Below are positions 13,330 through 30,124 of a stretch of DNA of 64,000 nucleotides, one piece after another. Positions within the stretch are counted from its first letter, which is position 1, and each line of letters starts with the position of its first letter. Under the pieces are notes generated by a model. That model saw only the letters and a program-made list of their open reading frames with translations. It had not been told where the DNA came from and did no database searches. The translations under genes were made by a program, and so were the position numbers. This DNA comes from the human T2T-CHM13v2.0 reference genome, Homo sapiens. Where the stretch lies: the NCBI RefSeq assembly GCF_009914755.1, contig NC_060930.1, one strand, 5' to 3'.

Positions 13330-14995
13330 AATGTCTACTGTCTAATTATAATGTTAAAGGATTTCTCATTTCTTCTTGTTAGTTACCAATTTAGATTCCC
13401 TTTCTTTTAAAAAATTGATATATTCATGTTTTTCTTATATATTTATAACACTTATGTTTTGAACCCTGAAATATCCTGTATGTTGCAAATATTTTCCTAG
13501 TATGTCTCTTACTTTTTAACTTTATTTATAGGGCTATGATAAGATGGAAGTTTACATTTTTAACCTGAGCTGTAATTGATTTATGCCTATTCCTCCCAAA
13601 CTTCAGGATCACTTTTCTGCCATTTCTGTTTTTATTTATTTATGTGTTCACGTCTAGATGTTTAATTTACCAATAATAAATCTCATCAATTGAATCCTTG
13701 ATAAATGAAGAATTTTATTATTTGCATCCTCTTCCACTTCCATCTCTTACTCCAATTAGTTTTGTATACAGTCTTTATTTTCTCTGTTGCTTATTATTTG
13801 ATCTTTAAAACCTCTCCTTAAACCTATGGATAGTAAATACTTGATTCCCTCCTACTGTAATTAGTAAATAAACAAGAACTCTGTCATCTCATTATCCTTC
13901 TTCACTTAGTTCCATATTTTGCATATTATTAAATATTTCTTGCTTTATCTAGAAGTTGGTTCTAAAATTGAAATTATTCTTTGATTAAGAACATATTTTT
14001 ATGTGATTAGGATTACACAGTACAATTCGTTACAGAACCATATATTTTTCTACAAACACTCTTCCTCTTCTTTGCTTTAAATGTTACAACCCTGGTGCAC
14101 GCAAAGGATTCTTCATTGTTAAAGCCTGACAGGTGCCTAAAATTATACTTTTTGCTTTCTTTTGCATTTGCATCAGGCTTTTCTTGAATCGTATGTTTCT
14201 CTTGGAGTTGCTAATTGCCTTTCTTTTGTTTTTCTGGGAAAAATTAAACTGTTTTCTTCTCTACAACTATAATAATATTCATGTTTATAACTATCTGATT
14301 CTATTTTATTTTACAATACCTACTTCATTCTATTTTTCTTCTTGAAACCCAAAGCCTGTCTGCTTTTTCTTGGACTGGCTTCCCTAAAATTAATCTCTGG
14401 CTTTCAATTACAGTTTTTTAAATTAATTACAATTAATTTAAATTAATTACAATTTTTTTAAATTTTTTTCTGAAGTTTCTGATTACCTGTTTCTCCTCTC
14501 CAGTATTTTGTGCCATTTTTACACCTTGTTTCTCCTAATGTATCTATCATAATAACTATCTTGTGGGACTTCTTCCTCTCAAAGTCTGATCTTTTGGCAT
14601 ACACTGGTGATCTAAAGGATTCAATCAACTTAATCTTGGATCTTGTAACTGCGTCATGTTTGTTGTATTCCTTTGTTTGTTTGAATATATCCTCAGTACC
14701 TTCGGAAGAAAGGTGCCAGAATGGAATAGACTTTTCATAAATAAAATGCCTTTGTTCTGCCTTCGCATGACAATGTTTGACTAAATACTTCATTTCTAAA
14801 AGTGTATTTTCTCAGCACACAATGTTTTAAATTTTGATGTACTTAGATAAACTTAGTTCCTTTATAATTCCTTCCTCTGCTCTCATATTTAGTAAATACT
14901 TCATTTCCCCCAAACAGATAAAAAAAAGTCACCTCAATTTTCCAATATTTCATTTTCAGATATAATTTCTTACCCCAAAATGCGGTACATAGTGT
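13330..14995 (-). mobile_element. Ancient L1M / HAL1-like fragments
   Basis: tatgttgcaaatattttcc (antisense L1 ORF2); agttggttctaaaattgaaa and aaatgcctttgttctgccttc (HAL1/L1ME-like). Heavily diverged. Confidence 0.45.
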
Positions 14996-15012
14996 AAGAT
15001 TAGAACCAAAGC

Positions 15013-18000
15013 CTTATGACTGATTGGGGTATCTGAAAGAGACAAGGAGAATGGGACCAAATTGGAAAACATACTTCAGGATATCACCTAGGAAAACTTT
15101 CCAACCTAGCAAGACAGGCTAACATTCAAATTTGGGAAATCCAGAGAACCTCAGTAAAATACTCTCAGAGAAGATCAACCCCAAGACAAATAATCTTCAG
15201 ATCTCCAAGGTTGAAATGAAGGAAAAAAAATTTAAGGGGAGCCAGAGAGTAAGGCCAGGACACCTACAAAGGGAAGCCCATCAGAATAACAGCAGACCTG
15301 TCAACAGAAACTATACAAGCCCAAAGAGATTGGGGGCCAATACTCAGTATTCTTAGAGAAAAGAATTTCCAAGCCAGAATCTCATATCTGGCCAAACTAA
15401 GCTTCATAAGTGAGGGAGAAACAAAAGACTTTTCAGACAATAAAACCTGAGGGAATTAGTCACCACTGGGCCTGTCTTGCAAAAGCTCCTGAAGGAAGCA
15501 CAAGAAATGGAAAGGAAAAACAGTTACCAGCCACTACAAAAACACACTGAACTACACTAACAATGACACTGTGAAGCAACTACATCAACATATCTGCAAA
15601 ATAACCAGCTAACATCATGATGACAGGATCAAATTCGCACATAATAATATCAACTTTAAATGTAAATGGGCTAAATGCCCCAATTAAAAGACACAGAATG
15701 GAAAGCCGAATAAAGGGTCAAGACCTATTGGTGTGCTCTATTTAAGAGATCCATCTGTTGTGCAAAAACACATATAGGCTCAAAATAAAGGGATGGAGGA
15801 AAATCTACCAAGCAAGTAGAAAGCAGAAAAAATCAGGGGTTGCAATCCTAGTTTCTGACAAAACAGACTTTAAACTAACAAACATCAAAAAAGACAAAGA
15901 AGATCATTACCTAATGGTAAAGAGTTCAATTCAAAAAGAAGAGCTAACAATAAAAGACAACTTCATACAAATATCCCTGATGAACATTGATGTAAAAATC
16001 CTCAATAAAATACTAGCAAACCAAATCTATCAGCACATCAAAAACCTTGTCCACCACAATCAAGTAGGCTTCATCTCCAGGATGCAAGGCTGGTTCAAGA
16101 TACACAAATCAATAGATATAATTCATCACATAAACAGAAATAAAGACAAAAACCACATTATTATCTCAATAGACACAGCACAAACCTTCAATGTAATTCA
16201 ACATCCCTTCATGTTAAAAACTCTCAATAAACTAAGTATTGATGGAACATACCTCAATAATAAGAGGCATTTATGATAAATCCACAGCCAATATCATACT
16301 GAATGGGCAAAAGCTGGAAGCATTCCCCTTGAAAACTGGCAAAAGACAAGGATGCCCTCTCTCACCACTTCTATTCAACATAGTATTGGAAGCTCTGGTA
16401 AAGGCAATTAGGCAACAGAAAGAAATAAAGAGTATTCAGATAAGAAGAGAGGAAGTCAAACTCTCTCTGTTGTCAGATGGCATGATCCTACATCTAGAAA
16501 ACCCCATCATCTCAGCCCAAAAGCTTCTTTAGCTGGTAAGCAACTTCAATAAAGTCTCAGGATACAAAATCAGTGTGCAAAAATCAAAAGCATTCCTATA
16601 CACCAACAACAGAGAAGCAGAGTGCCAAATCATGAATGAACTCCCAGTCACAATTGTTACAAAGACAATAAAATACCCAGGAATACAGCTAACAAGGGAA
16701 GTGAAAAGTCTCTTCAAGGATTACTACAAACCACTGCTCAAGGAAATTAGAGAGGACACAAACAAATGGAAAAGCATTCCACGTTTATGGATAGGAAGAA
16801 TCAATATCATGAAAATGGCCATATTGCCCAAAGTAATATATAGATTCAATGGTATTCCCATCAAACTACCATTGACATTTTTCACAGAATTAGAAAAAAA
16901 ACTACTTTAAAATTAATATGGAATCAGAAAAGAGCCCATATAGTCAAGACAATCCTAAGCAAAAAGAACAAAGCTGGAGGCATCACACTACCCAACTTCA
17001 AACTATAGTTCAAAGCTACAGTAACCAAAACAGCATGGTCCTGGTTCAAAAACAGACATATAGACCAATGGAACAATGTAGAGAACTCAGAAGTAAGACT
17101 GCACATCTACAACCATCTTATCTTTGACAAACGTGACAAAAACAAGTAATTATGAAAAAATTCCCTGTTTAATAAATGGTGCTGGGATAACTGGCTGGCC
17201 ATATGCAGAAAATTAAAACAGGACCCCTTCTTTATAACTTATACAAAAATGAACTCAGGAAAGATTAAAGACTTAAACATAAAACCCAAAACTATAAAAA
17301 TCCCACAAGAAAATCTAGGCAATAACACTCAGGACATAGGCATGGGCAAAGATTTCAGGATAAAAATTTCAAAAACAATTGCAACATAAGCAAAAATTGA
17401 CAAATGGAATCTAATTAAACTAAAGGGCTTCTGCACAGCAAAATAAAGTATCAGCAGAGTTGAACAGGCAACCTACAAAATGGGAGACAATTTTTGCAAT
17501 CTATTCATCTGACAAAGGTCTAACATCTGGAATCTACAGGGAACTTAAACAAATTTTCAAGAAAAAAACAACCCCGTCAAAAAGTGGGCAAAACAGATGA
17601 ATAGACACTTTTGAAAGAAGACATTTATGTGGCCAACAAACATATGAATAAAAAGGTCAATATCACTGATCATTAGAGAAATGCAAATCAAAACCACAAA
17701 GAGATACCATCTTATGCTAATCAGAATGGTGATTATTAAAAAATCCAAGAAACAACAGATGCTGGCAAGGCTGTGGAGAAGTAGGAACACCTTTACACTG
17801 TTGGTGGGAATGCAAATTAGTTCAACCATTGTGGAAACCAATGTGGCAATTCCTCAAAGACCTAGAACCAGAAATACCACTCGGCCTAGCAGTCCCATTA
17901 ATGAGTATATACACAAAAGAATATAAATCATTCTATTATAAAAATACATGCACACATATGTTCATTGGAGCACTGCTCACAATAGCAAAGACATGTAATC

Positions 18001-18420
18001 AACCCAAATGCCCATCAATGATAGACTGGATAAAGAAAATGTGGTACATATACACCATGGAATACTATGCAGCCATAAAAAGAAACAATATTATGTCCTT
18101 TGCAGGCACATGGATGGAACTGGAAGCCATTATCCTCAGCAAACTAATACAGGAACAAAAAAACCAAACACCACTTTTTCTCACTTACAAATGGGAGCTG
18201 AACAATGAGAACGCATGGACACAGGTAGGGGAGCAATACACACTGGGCATGTCGGTGAGGGGTGCAGGGAGGGAGAGCATCAGGAAAAGTAGCTAATGCT
18301 TGCTGGGCTTAATACCTAGGTGATGGGTTGATAGGTGCAGCAAAACACCATGACATATGCTTACCTGTGTAACAAACCTGCATATCCTGCACATGTATCC
18401 CAGAACTTAAAATAAAATGA
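15013..18420 (+). mobile_element. L1PA11-13-like element starting within ORF1, with an internal ORF2 deletion
   Basis: ORF1 C-terminal half, ORF2 ATG (MTGS) at 15620, decayed EN, RT and C-terminal ORF fragments at 15758-18296, 3' UTR ending acatgtatcccagaacttaaaataaaa. Degenerate TSD aagattagaaccaaagc 14996-15012 / aagatatgatcaaagc 18421-18436. Confidence 0.95.
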
Positions 18421-18436
18421 AAGATATGATCAAAGC

Positions 18437-19800
18437 TGATTTTTCCTCTAAGGAATACATATTTCTCTATACCATTTGTTGAATAATAAATCCCGTTTCC
18501 CATTTATCTGTGATGTATCCTTTAATATATTCTAAATATAATTATCTATATCTAAATAGTAACAATATCAATTCTTGTTGACCTCTATGTTGATTCTTAT
18601 GCCAGTACCACATTCTATAAATTATCAAAACTTTGTACTATAACTTAATATCTTGAAGACAAACCTTTCATTATCCATTTTATTACTAGTTTTATTTTTT
18701 TATAATTAAGGATATTTATGTTTGTCATTATATATAATTCAATACATAAAGGAAGAAAATGAAGATCAAGGCATTACTGAATATGCATGAAATGTTAATA
18801 CTTTGTGTATAGTTTTGATTTTTTGTATGTACAGAGGCACATTGGAAAATGAACACATTAATCTCTCTGTGTGTCTTACCTGCATAGAATCTTCTCCAAA
18901 GATACACCAATATTTCGATAAATGATTCAATACTGATGGACATTTCAATTGTATCTCATTTGTTCTATTGAAAAATAGCAGGGGTATGGATTGCTTTACA
19001 CATGTGGCTGTCCACTTGTTACATTATTTAACTGAGAGAAATCACACAAGTAGAATTTCAACATATGCTCATTTCATAATTGTGATATATTTTAAGATGT
19101 CTACTTATGAATGTATGCAAAAACATTAACAATTTATTTTAAAACTTGATTTTCCCATCATTATGATTATTATTATATCATTATTATTGGAATTTTAAAA
19201 GTTGCTCCTGATGGGCAAAATGTTATCTTTATTATAATTTGTGCCTATTTGATGATTATAATTAATGATTATGATTAATTTATTATCAATCATTTATTTT
19301 TTAATTACATGTTTACATTGTTTTACTATTTTCCATCAGAAAGTAATTTTTTCATAATGACTTATAGAAGCAGCTTATAGTAGACTGTCAAGCATTGCAC
19401 ACTTGCTTCAATTTGTCATTTGTTAAACATGCTGTCATATTTTTATCACAAGTAGTGTTTATTCTTTAATTTTGTGGAATTTCTCTTTCTGGCTTTTGAT
19501 CAGAATTAGAAGCAATTTTGAGACTCATAAGATTAGTTTTATTTCCATTTTCATTTTTCCTCTAGAACTTTTAATAATGTCATTTTCATGTTTTATTTAG
19601 AAATGAATATGGAATTTATTCAGGTATAAGGAGTACAGGAGTGATTTCACTATTTTTTACAAATGGCTAGTCATCTGTCCTAATGCCGTATTTCCTCTGC
19701 TGATTTGAAATATTCTATTTATCATGTTATTTTAAAATTTGGTCTGCTTCTGGACTCAATTCTGTCTCAGCAATTTCCAGTTCTATTTTTCTTCTAGCTT
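18437..19800 (-). mobile_element. Ancient L1M/L1ME fragments, continuing the element interrupted at about 15 kb
   Basis: accatttgttgaata, atgccagtaccaca, tgatggacatt, ggtctgcttctggactc. Confidence 0.55.
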
Positions 19801-20379
19801 GAAGTTTTAAAAATACATTAGGTTCTTAAAATATTATATCATTACCAATTGGCATGTTTTGTCCCCATTATTAATGTTGAAATTCGGAGATTTAAGCTTA
19901 AGTCCTCTGTCCCAGAAGGCATGGTTATTTTGCTTTCTTTTTCTGTTGCTTGTGTTCGCATGTAAAAAATTCTTGGACTCTTTTGGGTGTCCTCGACCTT
20001 GTGCATGTTCACAGAGTTTGGGGCCTTCATATTTTTTTTAGGCCGGACTATGCATTCTAGCCCAGCTTTCACAAAGCTTGTGTGGGCTTTATAGAGTATT
20101 AGTCCAACTGATAACTTTTTCCATCGATTCTGCTTAATATTTCCAGAGTGCATAGCTACACATGGAACTTCAAACAAGAGAACCAAACTGAGCTAAATTA
20201 GAGTTCAACCCTTTCTGCTGGCTCTCCTGGTCAATATCAGAGGTTCCCAGACCACGTTACCACCCATAATCTATTGGCATGTTACACAGGGCTATAAGTA
20301 GCACGGCAAACCTCATTTCTGCTTACACATTACTCAGTTACCTTTGTCATTATCAGCTATTTTACTAAATGTTCAAGTA

Positions 20380-21530
20380 CGAATATTTGCTTAATTTTAT
20401 AAAATGTTTGTAAAATATCTACCCCGATAATCACGTGTTTTAACATGTGTATGGAAGTAATAAAATTTATGGATTTCCTAATGTTGAACCAACCTTCCTA
20501 TATTGTAGAATGTTATAATCAGTTTATGATCTAGAATCTCTTTAATACACTGTGGTATTTAAGTTATGGTCATATGAAGTATATATAATTATTATACTTA
20601 AAATGAAGCACTGTATTAATATTTAAATTATAGGATTTTATATCTGTATTCCTAAGTGAGATATAACAACATTTACAAATATCTATTGAGTGCCTGCTAT
20701 GTGGTAAGCAGTGTTCAAAACATTGAGGTTTCAGCTGTGCCTTCATGGAGCTAACCCTCCAGTGGTCAGAAACACACAATAAACATGTTTAAAAAGTGAA
20801 AGTAAAATCAGTTCACATCATCATATGACAAATAAAATAAAATTGATTGAATTGGTTAGAGAGTGCCTGAGGCAGCATAACCTTAGAGTGTTTAAGGAAG
20901 GACTCTGAGGACTTGCAATTTGAGTTAAAACCTGAGTGATGAGAAGGATTCGGCTTTAAAACATTCTAAGAAAGAATGTTTTGGTAGAAGGTGTAAAACA
21001 TAAGTTGCCAAAATATAGGTTTTAGCTTTCTATGTAATTATTTAGCTTTGCTAATTCTAACATCGTTGTTATTAGGGGGAATTTTATAATTTTCTGTTTT
21101 CTGGGATATGTTTCAGTGCAATACATATTATTTACTTGCTGAAGTTGTGATAGCATTTACCAGAAGCATCATAAGAATCTGGCTGCATTTGGTTTGATGT
21201 TTCTTTGATAGTTTTCCTATTTCATAGTTGTTGGTTGCTACTGGTTAACTCCCAGGTTTTCTACCTCTTTGGTAATCCATTAAGTAGTTGTTTAAAACAA
21301 ATATGCATTTTCATTATTTTCGATCTTTTTTCATCGTGTATGGGGTATTTTCTCATGATTTTTTATGTACTGTCAGTGATTACTAACTCTTTTTAATTAC
21401 TCTGGCCAAGTAATTATTTTTATTTTCTCTGAAAGCATTTCCAAGGTTTTCTCTTTTTGCCATTATTTTCTGCTTGTCATCTTTTTGGAAAGTATCAGAT
21501 CATGTATTATTAGCTCTTTTTTCTTTTGCT
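20380..21530 (-). mobile_element. Ancient L1M ORF2 fragments, interrupted by L2
   Basis: aatgttgaaccaacctt; gattttatatctgtattc...gagatat. Confidence 0.5.
20665..20992 (-). mobile_element. L2 3' end
   Basis: caaatatctattgagtgcctgctatgtg, ccttcatggagct, aggaaggactctgagg, tttgagttaaaacctgag. Confidence 0.75.
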
Positions 21531-21545
21531 TCTTAATTTGTGTTT

Positions 21546-24981
<3,436 letters not shown>

Positions 24982-25339
24982 AATTTGTGTTTATTATCTT
25001 CTCGTACTTCTTTTTTAACATCTGAGATCGACATTTAATAAGTTGTCTTCCTCATCAAAAAAATCTCTTTGACAGCATCTCATGAGTTTTGATATGTAAT
25101 ATACTGCAGTAATGAAAAGTTTTGTCTTCCCCTTGATGCAATGTTATTTAATAAGATGATTAAGTATTTTTAAGTATACATGGTTCTTCTTTTTGCATAA
25201 GTTAAAGCTACTCTTTAACTTTTTTTTTGTTTCTAGTTTGTCCTTGTAGTTTGTTGAAATTTCTCCCAAGTACTGGTAATAAGTGGATATTTTAAGGTAC
25301 ATTTTCAAAGTTTATGTTAATTTATATAGTTTATAGCTC

Positions 25340-25421
25340 AATATAATTATGGCTATAATATAATTATGGCTATATATATTATGGCTATAACATATAATAT
25401 GGCACTAATATAATTATGGCT
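25340..25421. repeat. Short minisatellite, about 5 copies of a 15-18 bp unit (atataattatggct)
   Basis: atggc recurs five times, separated by TA-rich spacers. Confidence 0.8.
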
Positions 25422-25443
25422 GTAAATAAAAGTAGTGTATTTG

Positions 25444-25640
25444 TTCATCCATTCATTCAACAGATATTTACTGAGCCCCTACCTTGCTTTACTTATTGTC
25501 CCTAGAAATGGGGATAAAGCTACAAATAAATGAAAGAAAAGGTGATGACTTTATGTTGAAATATAAATACAATCTATAATGCAGAAGAAATGAAAACAAG
25601 TACAGATAACTAGAGAGATAAGAAATCATCATAGTAGTAT
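25444..25640 (-). mobile_element. L2 3' end
   Basis: ttcattcaacagatatttactgagcccctac. Confidence 0.7.
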
Positions 25641-28109
25641 TCCACAAAGATGGTCGCTTATCAAGTTGATGCATTTATTTTCAGTTTTTCTTAATTCATG
25701 CTAAAAATACAGATTTAGAGAAGAGATTTCACTACCCTTTAAAACATAACTAGCCAAAATTTAAAGACAAGCACATTACATTTTAAGAGTCCTAAGGTGG
25801 GTCAAATAAGAAATCGAAACTCTTTGAGCCAATGTTTTCAACCTTTTTGAAAACTGGAAATAAGCCAGGCTTTCTTCGTTGCATGCTTTCCATTAGCTGT
25901 TACTTAGCAGAAAACATTTCAGATGCCTCTCTTTGCATTGCTGTCTTGATTTTCTTTTTTTCAATTTCAGCAGAGTGGCTCATAAATAAACATGTTCACG
26001 GCTCAGGTTGGGAGTGACAGTTTATTCCTACTATTTTGATGGATTGTACAAGATATCTACAGTTCTCTTCTCTAACTAAACATCCATACATGGACTGTAA
26101 AATTAATCATACCATGGCAGGATGCCTAAGAATTTGGAACAGCTTCTTTCTTGGTGACTCTAAGTATCAAAGTGAAAATTTCATTTTAGTAATGATAATT
26201 AATGAAATCTATTATTTGATGATTTATCCTCCAAATAGTGTATAGACTGCCTTTCTGTGAACCCCAGCTTCACTCATAAACCATGCCACATGTGCTTAGC
26301 TGTCTATAGGTTATATTTGATTACAAAGTGAGTGTCTTCCTTTGGTCATTGAATCATTATTGATGCTTTTCATGGAAGCTTGTTGTGATATTTTTCACAT
26401 ATTTGCTGATGGCCTTGAAGTCTGTATACATAGGCAGTGCTGCATCATTAAAGATTGGCACCCAAGTGTGGTAATGCCCTTCTGTGAACCCCAGCTGCTC
26501 TGTACCTTGAGAATAAACCTCACCCTAATTACAGGGGAAATGGGAGGTAAAGGGAAGACTGCATGTATATCACTTACCCCAAATACAAGGAGATGTCACA
26601 CTTGTTCCAATGTTTACTCTCTCTTTTCACCCTTCTTCCAGCTGAGCACTTTCAACTCACTGGGAAGAGGCTGGTTCTTGAGATCTGAAGGTCATGAATT
26701 CTGTTGCACTGGCAGGCTTCAAGGATGTGGTTAGCAGATGACTATGTTGCCTGTATTCTTTGTATATATGGTCACAGATCATTAAACATCACTTCCATTA
26801 ACATCTGCTTCTGTCTTTCAGCAATAATGTATGTGAGCCAGTGGAATCTCTTAAGGAAAGGCATATTTGTACACAGAAGGAATTATTGGTTGTATGTTAT
26901 GATCACAAGAAAGATGTGATCTAAAAATATGACTAAATGAGTAATTAAAAATAGTAGAACTCTCTTTCTTGAAAACCTGCTAATGCTGCCTTTATAGTAT
27001 CTGTTTCATTTCTTTCATGTCCTATTGCACACCCTTCACTGACAGACCTGAACTATTGCATAACCTTTAAACTAATCTCCACATTTCCAATGTGGTCTAA
27101 TGTGTATGTGTCATGTTGCTTTCATTTTAACAATCTGTTCTCATCAAACAAAATCTACCAATGTCCCCCTTATTGGCATAAAGCATTCAAATTCCTTAAT
27201 CTGATCCAATGTTCTTTATAATATGAGCCAACCTTGCCTTTTAATTATTGTTTTTTACTGGTATGCTACATATACTCTCTTCTTTTTCCAAGTATGTCAT
27301 ACCATGTGAGAGAGTGTTGCATAGGGGATGGAATTTAACAGGCTTGTGGTTTTAATGCTAATCTTACCTTTTCCAGTGAATTTTTAAAAATGATTAAACT
27401 GTGAATGTCTTCTTCACTGGGGACAACCACCAGGTTTGCTATATAATAAACCACTGAAGGTAAAGTTCTATCATGGAGCTTGATACAACTGTAGATGCTC
27501 TATAAATGAAGCCAGTGGTAATAGTAATAGCAGGGGCGAACTCTCCTAGCTAGTAGTTTCCAACCATTTTCTTTACTCAAGTCCAGTCCTTCAATTATTA
27601 CATCATTTCTTCTTCCTTTATGAGTTTCTTCATAATTATTACTAAGATACTGAGATGTTTGCCATCCCTAATTCTACAACTTAATTGTCTATGTCATTAA
27701 TTTGTGTTTTAAACTCCCTTGTTTTTAGACTCCATATAAAAATGTGAAGCTGCTAGAGGGAAACTCCCTTATATCTGTTGCCAGTTTTCTGCAGCAATGG
27801 CCACTTCATAATTTAACAGGGTATTTAATGTCAACTTGTTGGTTAATTTATCTACTGATATATCACTGAATAAATGCCGTACACCTAAGGAATATGACTT
27901 TGTAACAGTACTAAATGGAACTTAATATTTTTATGTAAATTTTTACTAATATCCTCACGTCAACTTTATTTTTAACAGTAGTAAATGAAATGTACTAATT
28001 GGTGACAGCAACTTTAAAATATCCAAGATTTTACTTCTTTCAATTTTAGCTAAATCTGTTCTACCCTACAGATGCATATTGAACTGAATGACACCACCAG
28101 ATTATCCAG

Positions 28110-28755
28110 TCAATTTTGTGTCAGGAACATGCTAATCCTCACATAGTTCTGATCATGTTTTATTATTACCCCCATTTTGCAGATAATGATAACATTGGAA
28201 ATCAAAGGCAATATGGAAAGTACTCAAATGTGGATAGCTACTGTGAAAGATTAGAATACTATTCAGCAAATATTCACTTACCTCCCTGCTTCCCTCTTGG
28301 GATGTAGTACATTCTATGCCGCATTTGAATTTGACCACATAATTTTGGCCACAGAAAAATAAGTGGATATTATGTGAGCAAGGCCTGAAAATGGTTTTAA
28401 ATGTATTATATCGTTTAGGTTGCTTTTGCCTTTCTGCTACTTACCATGATAATAATATCTTTGGTGGCCACTTATCCATGGAGGATAGACCTAACCCTGT
28501 CCTGCAGTGAGGAGTTGAGGCCAGCCTGACCACAGCTTGAAGCAGAGCTGCCCAGACAATCACAGCCTATAGAGCCAAACTGCCTTGATCTGTAGACCCA
28601 TGAACTAAACAAATAAATGTTTGTTGTTATTGGTTTGGGATGGTTTGTTAGGCAGCATTAGCATGGCAACAGCTGAATAATCTACTAATAATTGAATGGG
28701 CTAAGATTTGAACTCAAATCTGTAAACATCTGTGTACTTTCCACCACACCACACT
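28110..28755 (-). mobile_element. MIR split by an MLT1 LTR
   Basis: aatcctcaca...ccccattttgcagat on the left; gatttgaactcaaatctg...tttccaccacaccacac on the right. Confidence 0.6.
28242..28684 (+). mobile_element. MLT1I/J-like solo LTR (ERVL-MaLR)
   Basis: cagcaaatattc, gcttgaagcagagctgcccag, aataaatgtttgttgtta, gtttgttaggcagcattagcatggcaacagctga. Confidence 0.75.
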
Positions 28756-29598
28756 TCATTAGCCAAAATGCACAAAGAAGGACTACATTTGGATAGTTAT
28801 TCACAAACCACAGCTCATATGATTCTATATTGATCAAAATAACAGTCTGCTTTATTTACATTGCTATGAGAACATACTTCTATGAAAAGCACTCTGATTA
28901 TCAAAATGAACATCATTAGAAATGCTTTCTTAATGTCTGCAAATCCATTTTCAGCATACTGTTTGTATAGTTAGGACATCCAAACTGCAAAACCATTGCT
29001 TGAAAATGTCTGCTCTCCCATACATACACTACTCTAGACAAATCCTGCTTGAGGTGAATTCATTATCACAAGACAGTCCTAAATCAAATATAAATTTTAG
29101 GAACTGATTATGTATTCACTAATGATAAACAGTAATTTTTCAGAGTTAGAGGGTAAGCTACTTACTTTAGAAAGTCACATCAAACTGGAGAGTGGATGAT
29201 TAACAAAATGTTAATTGCCAAATGTGATAGGTAATTGAAAATGTGATAATTGACATATAATTTTGGCTATTAGCACATCATTCACTGCTTCTAATATTTG
29301 TATGTCCTTCTTATGGGAATATTCAGTGCCTAGAATAGATCAGTAACACAATTGAACTGGCTAAAATCTGAAGTATTTGATTAACCTATGCTAACTAGTT
29401 TCTAGTTGGCAATCAACTTGACCAACATCTCAGTATGTTTGTTGTTACTTTACAAATTTATTTTGGCATCTCAACAACTTAAATCACAGAAGGCTTATAA
29501 AAAATGTTGGGTTTTTATTTGACAACTGAAGTGTCACCTATTGAAAATTCTTGTGAGTCATGATGTCTCCCTCTTTAAGTGTTAATATTGATAGTGAT

Positions 29599-30124
29599 TG
29601 TAGGAGATGGCTGCAGAGATGGCTGTCAATTACTCAGCCCTTGCTCCTACATACATGTTGTACCTCCCATCATTGAGGTGGAATCTATTTCCCCTCTTCT
29701 CGCATCTGTGTTGAGTTTTTGACTTATTTTGACCAAGAGAATGTGGCGGAAATAACATTGTGCTAGTTCCAGGTCTAGATCTTAAGAAACCAGGTTGCCT
29801 CAGTTTTTGCTTTCTTGGCATCACGCTTCCCTGTAGAGGTTTAGTAAGACTTCTGAATAATGGAAGACCACTTGTCGGAGAGAGTCTCAGCCACTCCTGA
29901 AGCTCTTCCAACTACTCTATCTGAAGTGCCAGACTTGTAAGTGAAGACATCTCAAATCCTCTAGTCCCAGTTAAGCCATCCAGGACAATAGCATGCAGAG
30001 CAGAGAAAAGCTGTTCCCCTAAAGCCCTACCCAAATTGCAAAAATATGAAAAATAATAAATGCTGGTTGTTGTTTTAAGCCACTAAGTTTTGGGGTGGTT
30101 TTCATGCAACAAAAATAACTGACA
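29599..30124 (+). mobile_element. MLT1H/G-like solo LTR
   Basis: TG...CA termini, gaggtggaatctatttcccctc, ttttaagccactaagttttgggg. Intact 5-bp TSD gtgat at 29594-29598 and 30125-30129. Confidence 0.88.

Noticed and set aside
14458-14793. 111-aa - strand ORF
   Set aside because: Lies in HAL1/L1M-like debris and shows no independent gene signals.
26342-26734. 130-aa ORF
   Set aside because: Non-ATG start, no homology, and composition typical of non-coding sequence.
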